A DNA stretch of 63,577 bases, from NCBI GenBank assembly GCA_051294375.1, contig CM119266.1, positions 7,500,028-7,563,604 of the forward strand, written 5' to 3'. A program made the position numbers and the translations under genes. Below the pieces are notes generated by a model. It was not told the DNA's origin and did not search any database. It saw only the letters and a list, made by a program, of their open reading frames with translations. This stretch comes from Paraspadella gotoi. Its lineage: Eukaryota; Animalia; Chaetognatha. Each line of letters opens with the position of its first letter. Position 1 is the stretch's first letter. This document shows positions 11,722 through 25,708 of the stretch, piece by piece.

Positions 11722-14109
11722 TTCGGTGTTGGCTAAGTCTTCATCGGTGTCGTCGTTGTCATCATCATCATTATCATCATCATCATTATCATCATCATCA
11801 TCTTTATCTTTTTCTTCGGTGTTGACTAAATCGTCATCGTCGTTATGGTCGTCTTTGTTATCGTCTTCGTCGTCATCGTCACGTCTTTGTCTTTGTCTTT
11901 GTCTTTGTCGTCAAAATTCCTTCTCACTTTTAATTTTCATTGTCGTTGTCATCATTCTCTGTTTTAACTCGTTAATTATTTCAAAACAAGTTAAACCTAT
12001 TTATCCTCAATCTGTTCGTTAGTTTGTTCGTTAGAAACTAACGAACCGACATTGAAGTTCTTCAGCGAGAGAGAAAAAATGAAAAAAAAGTTTCCGAATG
12101 TTGAAGAATTTCCATCGAATGCCGTTAATCAGAGCCGAAAATCTCTCNNNNNNNNNNNNNNNNNNNNNNNNNNNNNNNNNNNNNNNNNNNNNNNNNNNNN
12201 NNNNNNNNNNNNNNNNNNNNNNNNNNNNNNNNNNNNNNNNNNNNNNNNNNNNNNNNNNNNNNNNNNNNNNNNNNNNNNNNNNNNNNNNNNNNNNNNNNNN
12301 NNNNNNNNNNNNNNNNCCGGAGGATTATACGCTGGTGTAAAGCAATACCGAATCTGATACAGCGAGCTCTGAAGCTCTGAAGCCTTAACGGCATCCTGGC
12401 CTTGGAAGCGCTCCTTTTTTTTACAATTGGTAAGGTAAGGTAAGGTACATTCGGTACATTCGATGAGTNNNNNNNNNNNNNNNNNNNNNNNNNNNNNNNN
12501 NNNNNNNNNNNNNNNNNNNNNNNNNNNNNNNNNNNNNNNNNNNNNNNNNNNNNNNNNNNNNNNNNNNNNNNNNNNNNNNNNNNNNNNNNNNNNNNNNNNN
12601 NNNNNNNNNNNNNNNNNNNNNNNNNNNNNNNNNNNNNNNNNNNNNNNNNNNNNNNNNNNNNNNNNNNNNNNNNNNNNNNNNNNNNNNNNNAAGATGACGA
12701 ATTTAATATATTTACTTCTTCTTTAAATTTCGTCTTTCAAATCAAGTTTTTTTTTACGGTCGTAATTTTTGTCGTCGTCGTCTTCATCGTCGTCGTCGTC
12801 GTCTTCATCGTCGTCGTCTTCGTCGTCGTCGTCCTCATCTTACTCTTATTTTTGAAACATCATAAAACCGGATCCAAAATCCGGTTTTCCGCCTCTTTTC
12901 CTCCTCCTCTTCCTCCGCCTTTTAGCATAACACGTGATAATCCTCATCAGATTTCCGCTCTTCCTTCTTACATTAGAAAACCTTTGGATAATCCTCCTCC
13001 AAGCCCTCAGGGGGTGTTGAGATTTGAAGGAATCGAAAGGTAAGAAGAATTCCGTTTTTCTCTTTCNNNNNNNNNNNNNNNNNNNNNNNNNNNNNNNNNN
13101 NNNNNNNNNNNNNNNNNNNNNNNNNNNNNNNNNNNNNNNNNNNNNNNNNNNNNNNNNNNNNNNNNNNNNNNNNNNNNNNNNNNNNNNNNNNNNNNNTCTC
13201 TCTCTCTCTCTCTCTCTATAGCGCCATAGGTGCCAGACATAAAAAGTGGTAATTCAAGAATTCAATTTTAATGTCTAGAATTTTTTTGACAAAGCAAGGT
13301 ACTAAAAATAAAGGTTAGATACTGGGAAGACAGATTTATATGCCAAGATGTACAAATGTAAATAAAGTTGTACCGGCAACGTTCTAGGTAGTTGTTGGAA
13401 AAAGAATAGGTGGGAAACATGAAATAAAAGTTTAAAAATTACGGTAAACAATATTTTATTATGTCCTCTAAACTAGAAATTTTGAGAGAGTTTTGTTAAG
13501 AGTAATGGAGTCAATTTAAAAAAAAAGAGGAAAATGTAATGGACGGCATTTGCTTTCAAATCATTACAGACTATGTTGGTTGTATATTGGGATTTAAGCA
13601 ACAACCGTTTCTTTATTTCAGTCGCCAAGTTTTGTCACAGAATATGACGACGACGACGATGAAGACGACGACGACGACGACCACGCCCTGACGCCTCAAC
13701 GAAAACAAAAACAACATCGGTGGCGTCAGAAAAACAAAAGACGCGACGACGACGACGACGATGTCAAAAAAACAAGGGGAAGAACAGAAAACTAGTTTCT
13801 TTTCTTTCTTCTTTCTTTTCTTTCTTCTTTCTCTTTTTTATTGTTTTCTTTCTTTCTTGGTTCTTCCTTTTCTTTTCTTCATCCTCTTCAAGTCTGTCCC
13901 ACGGTTTGTTCAAACCATTTCTCAGTTAATATGAATAATAAAATATATATAATATATAAAATGAAAACAAACATAGAAGGCGACGATCCCGCCATTGCGT
14001 ACATTTTGAAAATAAATTAGACGTAGCTTTGATTCGTTGTTTGCTCGCGTTTAACTTTAACTTTAAGTTTAAAAAAAAATCAATTTTTATATATATATAT
14101 TTATATATA

Positions 14110-14315
14110 GTGGCTCATTGAGTAAAGCCGTCAGCTCCTGACCACTTGGTACCAGATTCAATCCCAACCTGGTACCTACTCTACTGGAAGCGTGAGGTCG
14201 GCCGTAAGCTGCAGGGGCGATTAAAACTCGCAGCCCAGGACCCGTTCAATGGCTGCTGGAGGGGTTAAAGAAGTTGCGGATAGTCATCTACAGTCTACTT
14301 AGCGCCTTATCCACA
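14110..14315 (+). mobile_element. tRNA-derived SINE family 1, copy B
   Basis: A-box-like GTGGCTCATTGAGTA and B-box-like GATTCAATCC; body matches copies at 2745 and 28883. Confidence 0.7.
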
Positions 14316-14868
14316 CAATGACGTTTTATTTTAAAAAACGTCGTTGTACAAAGATATGCCTCGCCCTTCCTTTTAATTTGGTTACTATCCCGGTCAGTAT
14401 CTTTGTTACTTTGACTTCTCTGTGAAACTCACGGCTCAAATCAGTTGCGTTTATAGTAGCAAAGGAGAAACAACGCTCGCCCGGGAAAACTAGTTTTAAA
14501 AAGTATTTTTCGCGTTTAATAATGGACAAATAAAGAATATGAACTCATAATTATTTATTTTTATTTTGTTAATCTCATGTTGAAATATTTGAATGGGCGA
14601 CGCTTCAAACATTAAAATTTACGGGCGTGAACAACAAATAAACTTCACAGTCTTTGTTGTAAAATATTAAAATTTATTTTAGTTTAATGAAAATTAATCA
14701 AAATTAAATATCATAATTTATTACATAGGAGTCTAATCATAGTTACTGGACTTTCAAAATGAATCTCCTAACGTTAAACGTTTACTATCAGAAACAAGAC
14801 GGGGAATTTTTGATCTATTTGCCGCCACTCCATGAGAGCAAATTAACCACTTCAAGGATTAATTCTAC

Positions 14869-14911
<43 letters not shown>

Positions 14912-16600
14912 CGTTAAAATCGTTGCCATAGAAACAGCGCGTGACAAGGGCGTCTCCCTGTAATTTGACTTTTTTCTGTCAGAAAACATAATCGCAAATC
15001 TTTTCTTTAAAAGTCAAATGGGATGATTGCACAGAACGGAGAAAATTGANNNNNNNNNNNNNNNNNNNNNNNNNNNNNNNNNNNNNNNNNNNNNNNNNNN
15101 NNNNNNNNNNNNNNNNNNNNNNNNNNNNNNNNNNNNNNNNNNNNNNNNNNNNNNNNNNNNNNNNNNNNNNNNNNNNNNNNNNNNNNNNNNNNNNNNNNNN
15201 NNNNNNNNNNNNNNNNNNNNNNNNNNNNNNNNNNNNNNNNNNNNNNNNNNNNNNNNNNNNNNNNNTAGTGAATATAATTAACCGCCACGCGTACTCATTG
15301 TCAATTTCTCTCTCTCTCTTTACTAATAACTTTGTACCCAGATATTTTCTCGAGTGTCCCTTGGCTTTCTTAAACCGGGGATGCCTTTTGTGTCCCTCGC
15401 TCTATTAACGGGTTAACCGATTATTATTTAACTTGTGGTGGTCCGTTCTTGATCGGGTAATTGGCCAATTTGGGAACGTTTAAACTTTTTTGGAGCGCTT
15501 GAATAGAGAGAGAGAGAGACAAAAAAAAANNNNNNNNNNNNNNNNNNNNNNNNNNNNNNNNNNNNNNNNNNNNNNNNNNNNNNNNNNNNNNNNNNNNNNN
15601 NNNNNNNNNNNNNNNNNNNNNNNNNNNNNNNNNNNNNNNNNNNNNNNNNNNNNNNNNNNNNNNNNNNNNNNNNNNNNNNNNNNNNNNNNNNNNNNNNNNN
15701 NNNNNNNNNNNNNNNGGTGTATCGTTAGAGCTTTAATTGGCGTTCATAACTGATTAGAACGCTTAATTATACGATCAGACGAAAGAGACATTTCCTTTTT
15801 TGGGACGCGTCAAAGGGAACACCTTTTCTCGTCCGAAAGAATAATCCTTTTTTTTAAAAGAATATCTCGGCACTATTTTCGGAGAGCGTGCTAGATAAAT
15901 TATTTAGAAATTAATTTTTTTTACAATTATATTTTTATTGAACTTTAATCTCTTTCTCAAAAATTTTAATCCAATTCTCACTAATCCCTAAAATTAAATC
16001 TATTATACATCGCTAATCTTGCAACCTTAACTTGATTTCTTCAACTTTGAACCCTCATCTAATTCTAATCCTACTCTAATCCTAAATCTAATCCTACTCT
16101 TTCCCAAACATAATTCCAAACTCAATCACTAAATTAATCCTAACTCTAATCGCATAAACCGTTTAACCTAATAAATCAAAACCTAAAAAAAAACTTAATT
16201 AGAAGATTTAAGTAAGATTGGGAAGCTTTCATAAAGTAGGGCATAATCTCTTTTCCGACACAAAAACGATTGTAGTAGTTTTTTTTTTCGCCCTAAGCGT
16301 CGCTTATTTATATTTCATGTCGAGAATTAATTATCTGTACCTTAACGAGCCTTTCTCTGATATTCGTAAATAAATACTCGTCCTTAACATGATCGGACAA
16401 TGTTTTCTGTTAAACGATTGGTTCCAATGCTTTGAAAAAAAAAACGACGCTGAGACATGAAATTATGTTTAGACGCCGAGTATGTAATGTTTTGATTATA
16501 ATATTTGATAAAAATTTAAATCCACACTCTGTGGACAGGCTTTGCGATGAACGGGGGGTGAAGGGGAACATTTCGGGAAAGGATTTGATGAAGTGGTCAG

Positions 16601-17228
16601 TAGGTGGAGTGGCATAAAAATTTGAGTTGATTGAACATTATTTTTGCTTGCTGCTATGACATATAATTAATGAATTTTAATCCTTTTAAAATTTTTTTAG
16701 CATAACAGTATAAGCAACTTCAATTATTTTGTATATTATCCTTATAAATCGTCAAATTTTAAAAATATTTTTTTTTATTTTAAGATTGATTTGGATTCGC
16801 TGAAAAACTGAAGAAACTTTTTAGTAAAATATTTATTGATATTTAATTTTAGACAAAAAAATGACTAAAACGTTTTTTAAACATATATTAAGTTTCTACT
16901 ACAGAAATAAAAAAATGATCAGGAATTATTCACCTTTTTTTCCTTATTTCTTAAACATGAAGATGAAGAATTTTAAACATGTTATATTTTTGATGTCAAC
17001 TTTTTATGAAGAATCTGATCCTTTATATAAAAGTTTTTATAAAAATTGATTTTGTAAAATACATTTTAGTAAGGATATTAGCTACAAATATATTATATTT
17101 ACTATTTCTGTTCCACGAGATTAATATGAAACATATTTTTTGTACTAGTTAATCATACATTCTCACATTCTAAATATCATTGTTCGCATCATTCAAATAA
17201 ATTTTTTGTTCTCGAGTTGCTCCATCTA
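16601..17228. mobile_element. hAT-like MITE (628 bp)
   Basis: TIR TAGGTGGAG ... CTCCATCTA; flanking 8-mers GTGGTCAG / GTGGTCTC (6/8 identical). Absent from the duplicate copy near 19540-19560. Confidence 0.7.
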
Positions 17229-18273
17229 GTGGTCTCAGTTTCGAGCACGGATTCATTTATCTGGTTCTTTCTTGAATATTTATTTACGAGAGACCAAGAC
17301 AGAACTTACCAAATGGAAGGGGATTTTCACGGAGACATTGTTATTATCTCTTAACCGTATGTTATAGCCATAGGGCTGGGTCCCCCGCCAAAAAAAAAAA
17401 AGATAGCTTATTGATATGTACCAGATTTCATGTTAAAGGGAATATGATAAAAGATTTGCTTTTAACTAAAGAACACATCCAGCCTAAAAGGTTTGTTTGA
17501 TAAAAACTACATAAAAAAAATTATTATCATGTACACGACGAGCCGTTCTTGATTTTTTTCAATTCACGATACGCGTAGCCATCTTTTCTGTACCCTCAAT
17601 TGTGACTCTCTCTCTCGTCGGTCTCTCTCTTGTCTTCTCTCTCTCTTCGTCTCTCTCTCTTCTCTCCTCTCTCTCTCTTGCTCTCTCTCTCTCCTTCTCC
17701 CTCTGCTCGTCTCTCTCTTCTTGGCATTCTTTCGCCTCACAGTCTTTTGTTTCGCTTTTTCCTTAGGTCTTTTGTTACGAAACAATTTCGTCGCATCGCG
17801 ATCGTCGGCGATCGATCCCGCCATCTCTCGCTTTCAGGGCGAAACTTTAGACCGGAAACAAAGGAACAATGGATGACAATAACGGGGAGGATAACGTAGA
17901 GTAATGACAAGGATTCGTAATGACAGTGATAACTTTATGATGACAAGAAAGCGCAATAGCGATGACATTGGTGGAAAGTCACAAGTAACAAGTAGCGTTA
18001 GTAACAACATTAATGTTCAAACGGAAATGTCGAAGTGAACGACCATTGTAATGGATCATATTACTGACAATTGACATTAGTGACGATCCTTGAGAATGAC
18101 GATGACGAGGACGACGACGACGACGACGACAGCGACGACTCTGGTGACCTCCACCTGCGATGAGAATGAATGAAACACGAAGAAAAAAAGAATCAAAAGA
18201 AAACAAAAGACAACAGAAAGAATAAAAGAATTTTTTTGTCAGAAATTTGAGACATTTCAAAGGGAGGAACCAT

Positions 18274-18362
<89 letters not shown>
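18274..18362 (+). repeat. (GAAA)n microsatellite
   Basis: Perfect tetramer run. Confidence 0.95.
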
Positions 18363-18370
<8 letters not shown>

Positions 18371-18798
18371 CATTGATGGATTATATTCTTTTACTCTTTG
18401 AATCCCATTGTTTTATTTCTTCTTCTTCCTTAACTGTAAACAGTACAATTTAGAACAATGTAATTTTGTAAAAATTATAACAAATTGAAAATAAGCTTGA
18501 GGTTGCTTTCATCTTTTTTAAAGTACATCTATTTTTCGTCGACGTTGTCGTCGTCATTTTCGTCATTGTCGTCAGCTTCGAACCACTTCAAAGACAACCT
18601 CATGTTGTGTCGTCCCACTATTTTCCCGTGGCGTCTAGAGAGAGAGCGAGATCGTTGAGAGAGAAAGAGAGAGATCTAGATGATGCGAGAGAGAAAAGAA
18701 GGAGAGAGAGAGAGAGAGAGAGAAGAGACGAGAGAGAGAGAGAAGAGAGAGAGAGAGAATAATCTTCCTTTTTNNNNNNNNNNNNNNNNNNNNNNNNN

Positions 18799-20530
18799 CG
18801 TTAGAGCCTTTAATTGGCGTTCATAACTGAATTTAGAACGCTCTTTATTATTACGATCAGACGAAAGAGACATTTCCTTTTTGTGGACGCGTCAAAGGGA
18901 ACACCTTTTTCTCTCCCGAAAGAATAATCCTTTTTTTTTTTTAAGAGAATATCCTCGGCACTATTTTCGGAGAGCGTCCGCTAAATCAACATATTTTAAA
19001 AATTTATTTTTTTCTTTAATATTGAACTTTTAATCCTCTTTCCAGAAAAACTTTGTATCCAAGATTCCTCCACATTCTAATCCCTCCATAACTCTCATCT
19101 TCAATAACTCTAATCCCATAACCCTTTAACCTAATGATCAAACCTAAAAAACAAACTTAATTACGAATTTAAAGTAAGAATTGGGAAGCTTTCATAAAAG
19201 ATGAGGCAATATCTCTTTTCCTCCCGCAAAAACGATCTGTTGTCAGTTTTTTTTTCGCCCTAAGCGTCGCTCTGTAGTAATTACTCTGTTACCTTAAATG
19301 AGCCTTTCTCGTGTTTCGTAAATAAATTTTACCGTCCTTAACATGATCGGACAAGATTTTTTTTAAACGATTGGTTCCAATGCTTTGAAAAAAAAAAAAA
19401 CGGCCTGAGACATGAAATGTTTCAGAACGCGCGAGTATTAATGTTTTTACATTATATTATTTTAAATCTTTTAATCACACACTTCATGTTGGACAGCGCT
19501 TGCGATGAACGGTCGGGGGACGTTTCGGAGTTATTTGATTGACAGTCGGGTCGCAGTTTCGGACAACGGATTCATTTATCTGGGTTTTTCTTATCCAATA
19601 TTATACGAAGTAGACCAGCACAGAACTTGACCAATATTAGAAGCGCGGAATCTTTTCGCACGGAGATCCATGTTCTCAATCAGTACCGTATCTGTATACC
19701 ATAGAGCTTGTTTCCAAAAAATGATAGCTATTGATTGTACCCAATTCATATTCTCAGGAGGGGATATGGGATAGAAAGGATTCTGCTCTTTAACAAAAGA
19801 CACATCCAGCCTCTAAAGCGTTTGTTTTGATATAAGAAGACGTAAAACAACAGTTATGTGTGTAGGATGACGTATCCACGACCCGAACCGTTCTTTAGAA
19901 CTTTCACGCCATACCGTTAGCCCCATCTTCCTCAGTTCTGACCGTCTCCAATCATCACAGTGTGCTCCTCTCTCTCTGTACAATATTAGTGACGACTTTA
20001 CATCTACTCTCTCTCTCTTCTCTCCATTTCCAGTTCCCTCTTCTTCATCTTCGTCCCTCCTCCTCTTCACTGCAGTCTCTCTCGCCTCTTCTCTCTCTCT
20101 CTTTCCTCAGTTCTTTTTCGTTTCGGCTTTTCCACCCGTCCTCTGTTACTAAACAATTCCGTTTCTAGCATCCCTGCCTATCGTCGGTCGCGATCTCTCG
20201 GCCTTTTCCGACGACGCAAATTACGACCGGAAACAACAGAACAATATGCCCGGCATGACAAATAAACGGGATGGGAGATAACGCTAGATAATGACAAGGA
20301 TCGTTAATGACAGAGAGTATAACTTCGTATTGAATTGACCAAGAATATCGCCTCCTGAATAGCCCGATGACATGGTGGAAAGTACAGTAACAAGTCGCTT
20401 AGTACACAAAACATTAATGATGTCCAACCGGAATGATCCACGGAAGCGGTGAACGACCCAATTTAATGTATGGTTCAATCTTTAACTGAACAATTTGACA
20501 ATTTAGTGACGAACTCCTTTGAAGAATGAC
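18799..20530 (+). repeat. Noisy direct duplicate of about 15723-18095
   Basis: Starts cgttagagcctttaattggcgttcataactg right after a 25-N gap; colinear with dense indels. Confidence 0.85.
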
Positions 20531-23291
20531 CCCGATGGGACCTGTGGCGGATGGAGTGGGAGAAACGGAGTATATTCCGAGGAAGGAACCCGACAGGTCC
20601 GACTGAGCCCGTTAAGTACCGCTCGACCCCAAAAGAAAGAAATTTGTTTATGAAAGTTTTTTTCAATTTCATAATACCTGACTCTGGTGATATAAACAAC
20701 CACCACACTTCATATCCTTTCTCTGTTGCTGCATATATGTGCGTGAGCGGGTGAGAAAGAGGAAAACATGTTGCATTCACATATGAATTTTTATTAGCCC
20801 GTTACATGCAAAACTTTTATAAATACAGTAACCCATAGACATTGTATATTATTTCATGATGAAAATCGTAATAAAGTATAGTAACACATAAAGAAATTAA
20901 ATAAGGCCCGAAAAGCGCAGAGAGCCCCGACATATAATTTAATAGATACCCATCAATATTAACAAGCATACGGTGTTATCACTAAAAAGACCGATATAAA
21001 GAAGTTATAATATCCTAAATAAAAACATAAACAATCACTTTTGCCCTTGTAGTTTAAATTTTGAAATTCTATCCAGTCTCCAAGGAGAAATCAACTTTTG
21101 GAGAAGACATTATATTACAAAAGCCAAGAATAACAACCATCAATGTTGCGTCAAATATTTAACTACTATCACCTACTTCAGTACACTTCTAGGGGCGGAT
21201 TCACATTGAAGACAAAACAACCGCGGAGTCACCCTCTTACATCTCAATCCAGAATAAGAATAAACAGCAAAGCAAACAGCAGTTATCATAAGTTTAAGTG
21301 AAATGTATATTATAAACAAATCAAAAACGAAAGAAACATGCGGCGAACGATATATAAGAAATGATTATAGGCGAGAATTTAGAAGATAAAGATAAAGATG
21401 TAAGAAAGAGAAAGATAAAAGAAAGAGAAAGAAGAAAGAAAGAAAGAAAAAGGGAAAATGAATAGATACCCGATTGAAAATGGATAGCTTTAAAGTTCAA
21501 AATTATATGTTGCTTACTCTATTCGCCATAATAAAAATAAAAATGAAGACCCTCGATTTGCGAACACAGTACAACCCAATGACTATTTATTTTTTTCTTC
21601 TTCTCTAACCTAGTAAACAAGGTACAAGTTTGTAGCTAACCAATGAAGCAGACATTAGTATTACTGATTGCCCTCTGCTCCAAATCGATCCCCTTGCCTC
21701 CGTCAGAAGAAATATACATAATCCATAGACGCTCATCGCACTCTCCGGGCGTACCTGGAGATAAAAGGAAAAGCGGCGTGCAAAGTCAACGCGTTCCTCT
21801 AACTTATTCTTTTTTTAACAAATTGAAAATTAAGCTTGGAGTTCGCTTTTCATCCTTCCTTTGTATTTCTTCAATCAAATATTAATAGTTTATTTTCTAT
21901 ATTTTCCCCGTGTTCAAATAATATACCAAATCTTCAGGAGGACTTTCGATGTTGAAAGATAAGACGCGAGTCTTTCTTGTAACGATCTTATTTGCAGTCG
22001 TGGAGAAAATCCCTCCGTCGCTTCAGAATTGACTTGAATATTTGAAGAAACGACAAATCAAAAAAGATTATCCCCGAAAAGAAAATGAAAAGACAAGTCC
22101 GAATGTTTTTAGAAGCGCCTGTGGAATCCGATTTGTTATTCCCTAAATTTAAGGGCGTTCCGTTGACAGGGAAAGAGTTAGTCCATTTATGATCCATCAC
22201 CAATTTTGTACAGGTAAGTCCAGCGCGTTTGAAAGCTTTTTCAACTGAACACAACGATTCCTCGGCAAAAAAAATCTGTGCAAAAAGCCCAGACACCTCC
22301 AGCGGTATATGGTTTTATTCTATTTTTTTGCGTGATTTTAGCCCACCGCTCTCCCCTCTTTTCTCTGTATATATTTGTCCATCTTTCTTCCTTTTTCCTC
22401 TTTCTTACCCCATTATCTTCTCTATCGCATTTTGCCTTCGACCTGTTCTTTCTTGTTATCTCCTCGTTCCCTCTCTTAGTGCCAGCCTCCTCTGCCCAGG
22501 ACGTATCCTCCCGCACGGGACCATAGGCACCGCTCTACGGAGATGAAGAGTGGGACGAGCACTCTGTAGGAGTAATCTCTGGCTGAGGAACGGTTCTTGC
22601 AACTAGTGGCGAGGACTTCTGCGGTGCTGTGTCGATGGCTGCAGGAACGGAGGCCCGAACTGTGAACGGGGAGGCACACTCGACCGTGCGTGGAGCGATA
22701 GGAGAAGGGCGGAAGGAACTCCAGAGAAAGTAGAAGAGGATCATTAGAACGGAGAGAGGAAGGCCAAGGAACGGGAGACAGGTAACAAATGAAACGAAAT
22801 GAGAGAGGGGGAGACCGAGTTGAATGAGCGAGGAAATGGGAAATAGAGGACATCTGGAGAAGCAAGAAGCAGACGGAGAAGTTGAGAAACAGAGTTTGTG
22901 AGTTGCCGGCTCGAGGGGAGGAGGGCGCCGCGCAAGAAAGGAAGACGCCGATAGGCGCGCAGGTCGTAACTAGAGGTGAAAAAATACTGCAAATGTTGTT
23001 GCGAGAGAGTAAAACTCTTAGTGAAAAATTCTTTTTGTATTAATAAACTTAGTATGTGAGTATATATTCTAATCTATCATAGAGCACGGTAGAGAGAGAG
23101 AGAAGAGACGACCCGGAGACGAAGAAGGAAGGGACCATCGAGCAGAGAACACCGAGAGAATGCGGCACGCGGCATGGACGGGCTTGCCTAAGAGCTTCCA
23201 TGCTCTACGCTTATCGCCAGCGATTAAGCGCCTGCGAGACAATGACAGTAAGAAGAGAGAGACGAGAGAAAAGAAAGACAGATAATATATA

Positions 23292-23336
<45 letters not shown>

Positions 23337-23447
23337 AAAAGGGGAGAGAAAAGAAAGAAAGTTAAAAAATAGATAGGGAAGACAGGGACTCTGAGAATGA
23401 ATAAACGAGACTGAGAGAGTCTTGATTGAAAGCTTGAAGGGACCTGC

Positions 23448-24115
23448 TATGTCATTATCCTGTTTATCTTATTTATAAATTAAAAGTACAATCTTTTCCG
23501 TAAGAAAACAAAACTATAAATAATATAAACTACAAAATGCAATTTATTACAAAAAGTAATGAAAATACATTGATAATTTAATAGTATAATTTTTTAATTC
23601 AAATTTCAGAAAGTTAAAATTAGTGCTTTTGTTGTTTTTTTTTCTTCTAGTTTATTAAACGTCCGCAAAGTAAGGGCGCTCTGTATTAAAATTCAACGAA
23701 ACGACGGACAGATGAACAGCGGTTGGAAGGAGAGTAGAGTTTTATTTTCATTTAAAAAACATGCGAATTAATAGGNNNNNNNNNNTATGTCATTATCTTG
23801 TTTATCTTGTTTATAAAGTAAAAGTACAATCTTTTCCGTAAGAAAACAAAACTATAAATAATATAAACTACAAAATGTAATTTATTACAAAAAGTAATGA
23901 AAATACATTGTATAATTTAATAGTATAATTTTTTAATTCAAATTTCAGAAAGTTAAAATTAGTGCTTTTGTTGTTTTTTTCTTCTAGTTTCATAAACGTC
24001 CGCAAAGTAAGGGCGCTCTGTATTAAAATTCAACGAAACGACGGACAGATGAACAGCGTTTGGAAGGAGAGTAGCGTTTTATTTTCATTTAAAAAAAGTT
24101 ATGCGAATTAATAGG
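23448..24115 (+). repeat. Tandem duplicate of about 330 bp across a 10-N gap (23448-23775 vs 23786-24115)
   Basis: Near-identical sequence with few substitutions on either side of the gap; typical of unmerged contig ends or haplotypes. Confidence 0.9.
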
Positions 24116-24909
24116 ATATTCAAATATTATATTTACGGTATAGAGTAGCAAAGCATTGTGTATTTTGTTTTGAAATATTTTAAGTAACTTTTGATGAAAT
24201 ATTATTATGAGGAACAGCGTATTTTACCATCATCGACTTAAGTCCAATAACAAAAATATATATATTTTACTTAGTTTTATTCTTAAACAAATATTTCATT
24301 AAACAAATCTATTTCTTGAACTCAACTCGTGACTGTTTTTTCAGCAAAGAAAATAATCCTTCGAAAAACTGAGGCTTTTTAAACTCCTCGTTCTTCTTTG
24401 TGGTGAAGCAAAATGGGAGAAACATAGTGTAAAGATCGGCGGTTGTCAGATATTATTAAAATGATATTTAATTAATGAGCGTTTTAAGAGTGAGCCTAGA
24501 TTGAAAATGGTCAAGTTTTTGATTTGGAGCTGAAGACAGAATTCCCAAAAAGAACCAATCCTCAGGGGAACAACAAGGCTAAAATAAATTGACTAAATAT
24601 TCATTAACATTACGTTGTGTTTATAATAGTCATTTGACGGACGAGCTGACCGACGACCTAAATTAGCGAGTCTACGAGTTCGTTCGATTAATCTCAAATT
24701 GAAATACTTGTAATAACCAAATTAGGGTTTCTTTCCTAAAAAATCAAGACGGTGGACTCAACATCTTTATTCTTTCTTCGCCGGTTTACGTGTTTCGCAG
24801 TTATACGTAAAATGGAAATATCCAAATGAAATGGTTACAACCATATACATATTTATCCTCATTTAATAAATAAGCTATCTTGCCACTGACTTTGAAAGGC
24901 TGGTTGGGT

Positions 24910-25708
24910 GGCTTTAAGGCTCTCCATCACTCTTACAAGATATGACATAGCAATATTTTTCGAACAACGAAACTGCTTCATCCTCGTCTAATTGAAACTA
25001 ATCGAAAAATCCGATTTTTTTCTCCCTCTTTTTCTCCCGTTAAACTTCTGCAATCGGTTTTAGGCCAACCGATCGACGCCTTAAATATCCTTACATTTTC
25101 TCTTCAAACACATTGAAAATGGATATTTGTTCGTTTTGTTCGGCGCCCGCTGTGATCGTGGTCGTAGTTGTTTGTGTCTCTTTATCTCCTTCTTGGAAGG
25201 TATGAATACGAATTTTAGAAGTAATAAAACGACTAATGTTTAATATTTTTAACCAATCATGTTGTATAATATTTTTAACGCCTGTTCTCATTCGTTGACT
25301 AATCAGTGGACAGTGGACAGTTATTGACATTAACTGGCCAATATTTGTTTCATATATATTTTCCTTATAATATAATAAAACAATTAATAAACATTGATAA
25401 TAAAAATAAACAATGATAAATATTAAACGCAGGAGAAATGCGGCCAAGTCACTGGACCCAACGGTTCCCAAAAAAAGGACTGTGTTGCTTCATATGTTTC
25501 CCCGGGACCAAAAAGCCCAAACCTTTCACCGTTTCCCTCAAATTGGAAATGTTTCTGCGCGTGACCAACGATACCGTAATGAAACTGTAAATTAGATCAA
25601 CACTTGTCCATATTAAAAAGTCGTACTACTACGAGCTATTACCATTAGTCATAAACAACTAGCTATTAAAAATAATATGAAAATTATAACAGATTTACAA
25701 CCGATTAC
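24910..25708 (+). repeat. Duplicate of 27443-28248 carrying FAXC-like exons 1-2 (likely artefact)
   Basis: Colinear including introns (ATGGATATTTGTTCG..., TVLLHMFPR exon with indels); ends in ATCTCTCTTC plus a 25-N gap. Confidence 0.8.

Noticed and set aside
25120-25580. A third FAXC-like gene
   Set aside because: Introns and flanks are nearly identical to copy A, and it is truncated at an adapter-like end plus gap.
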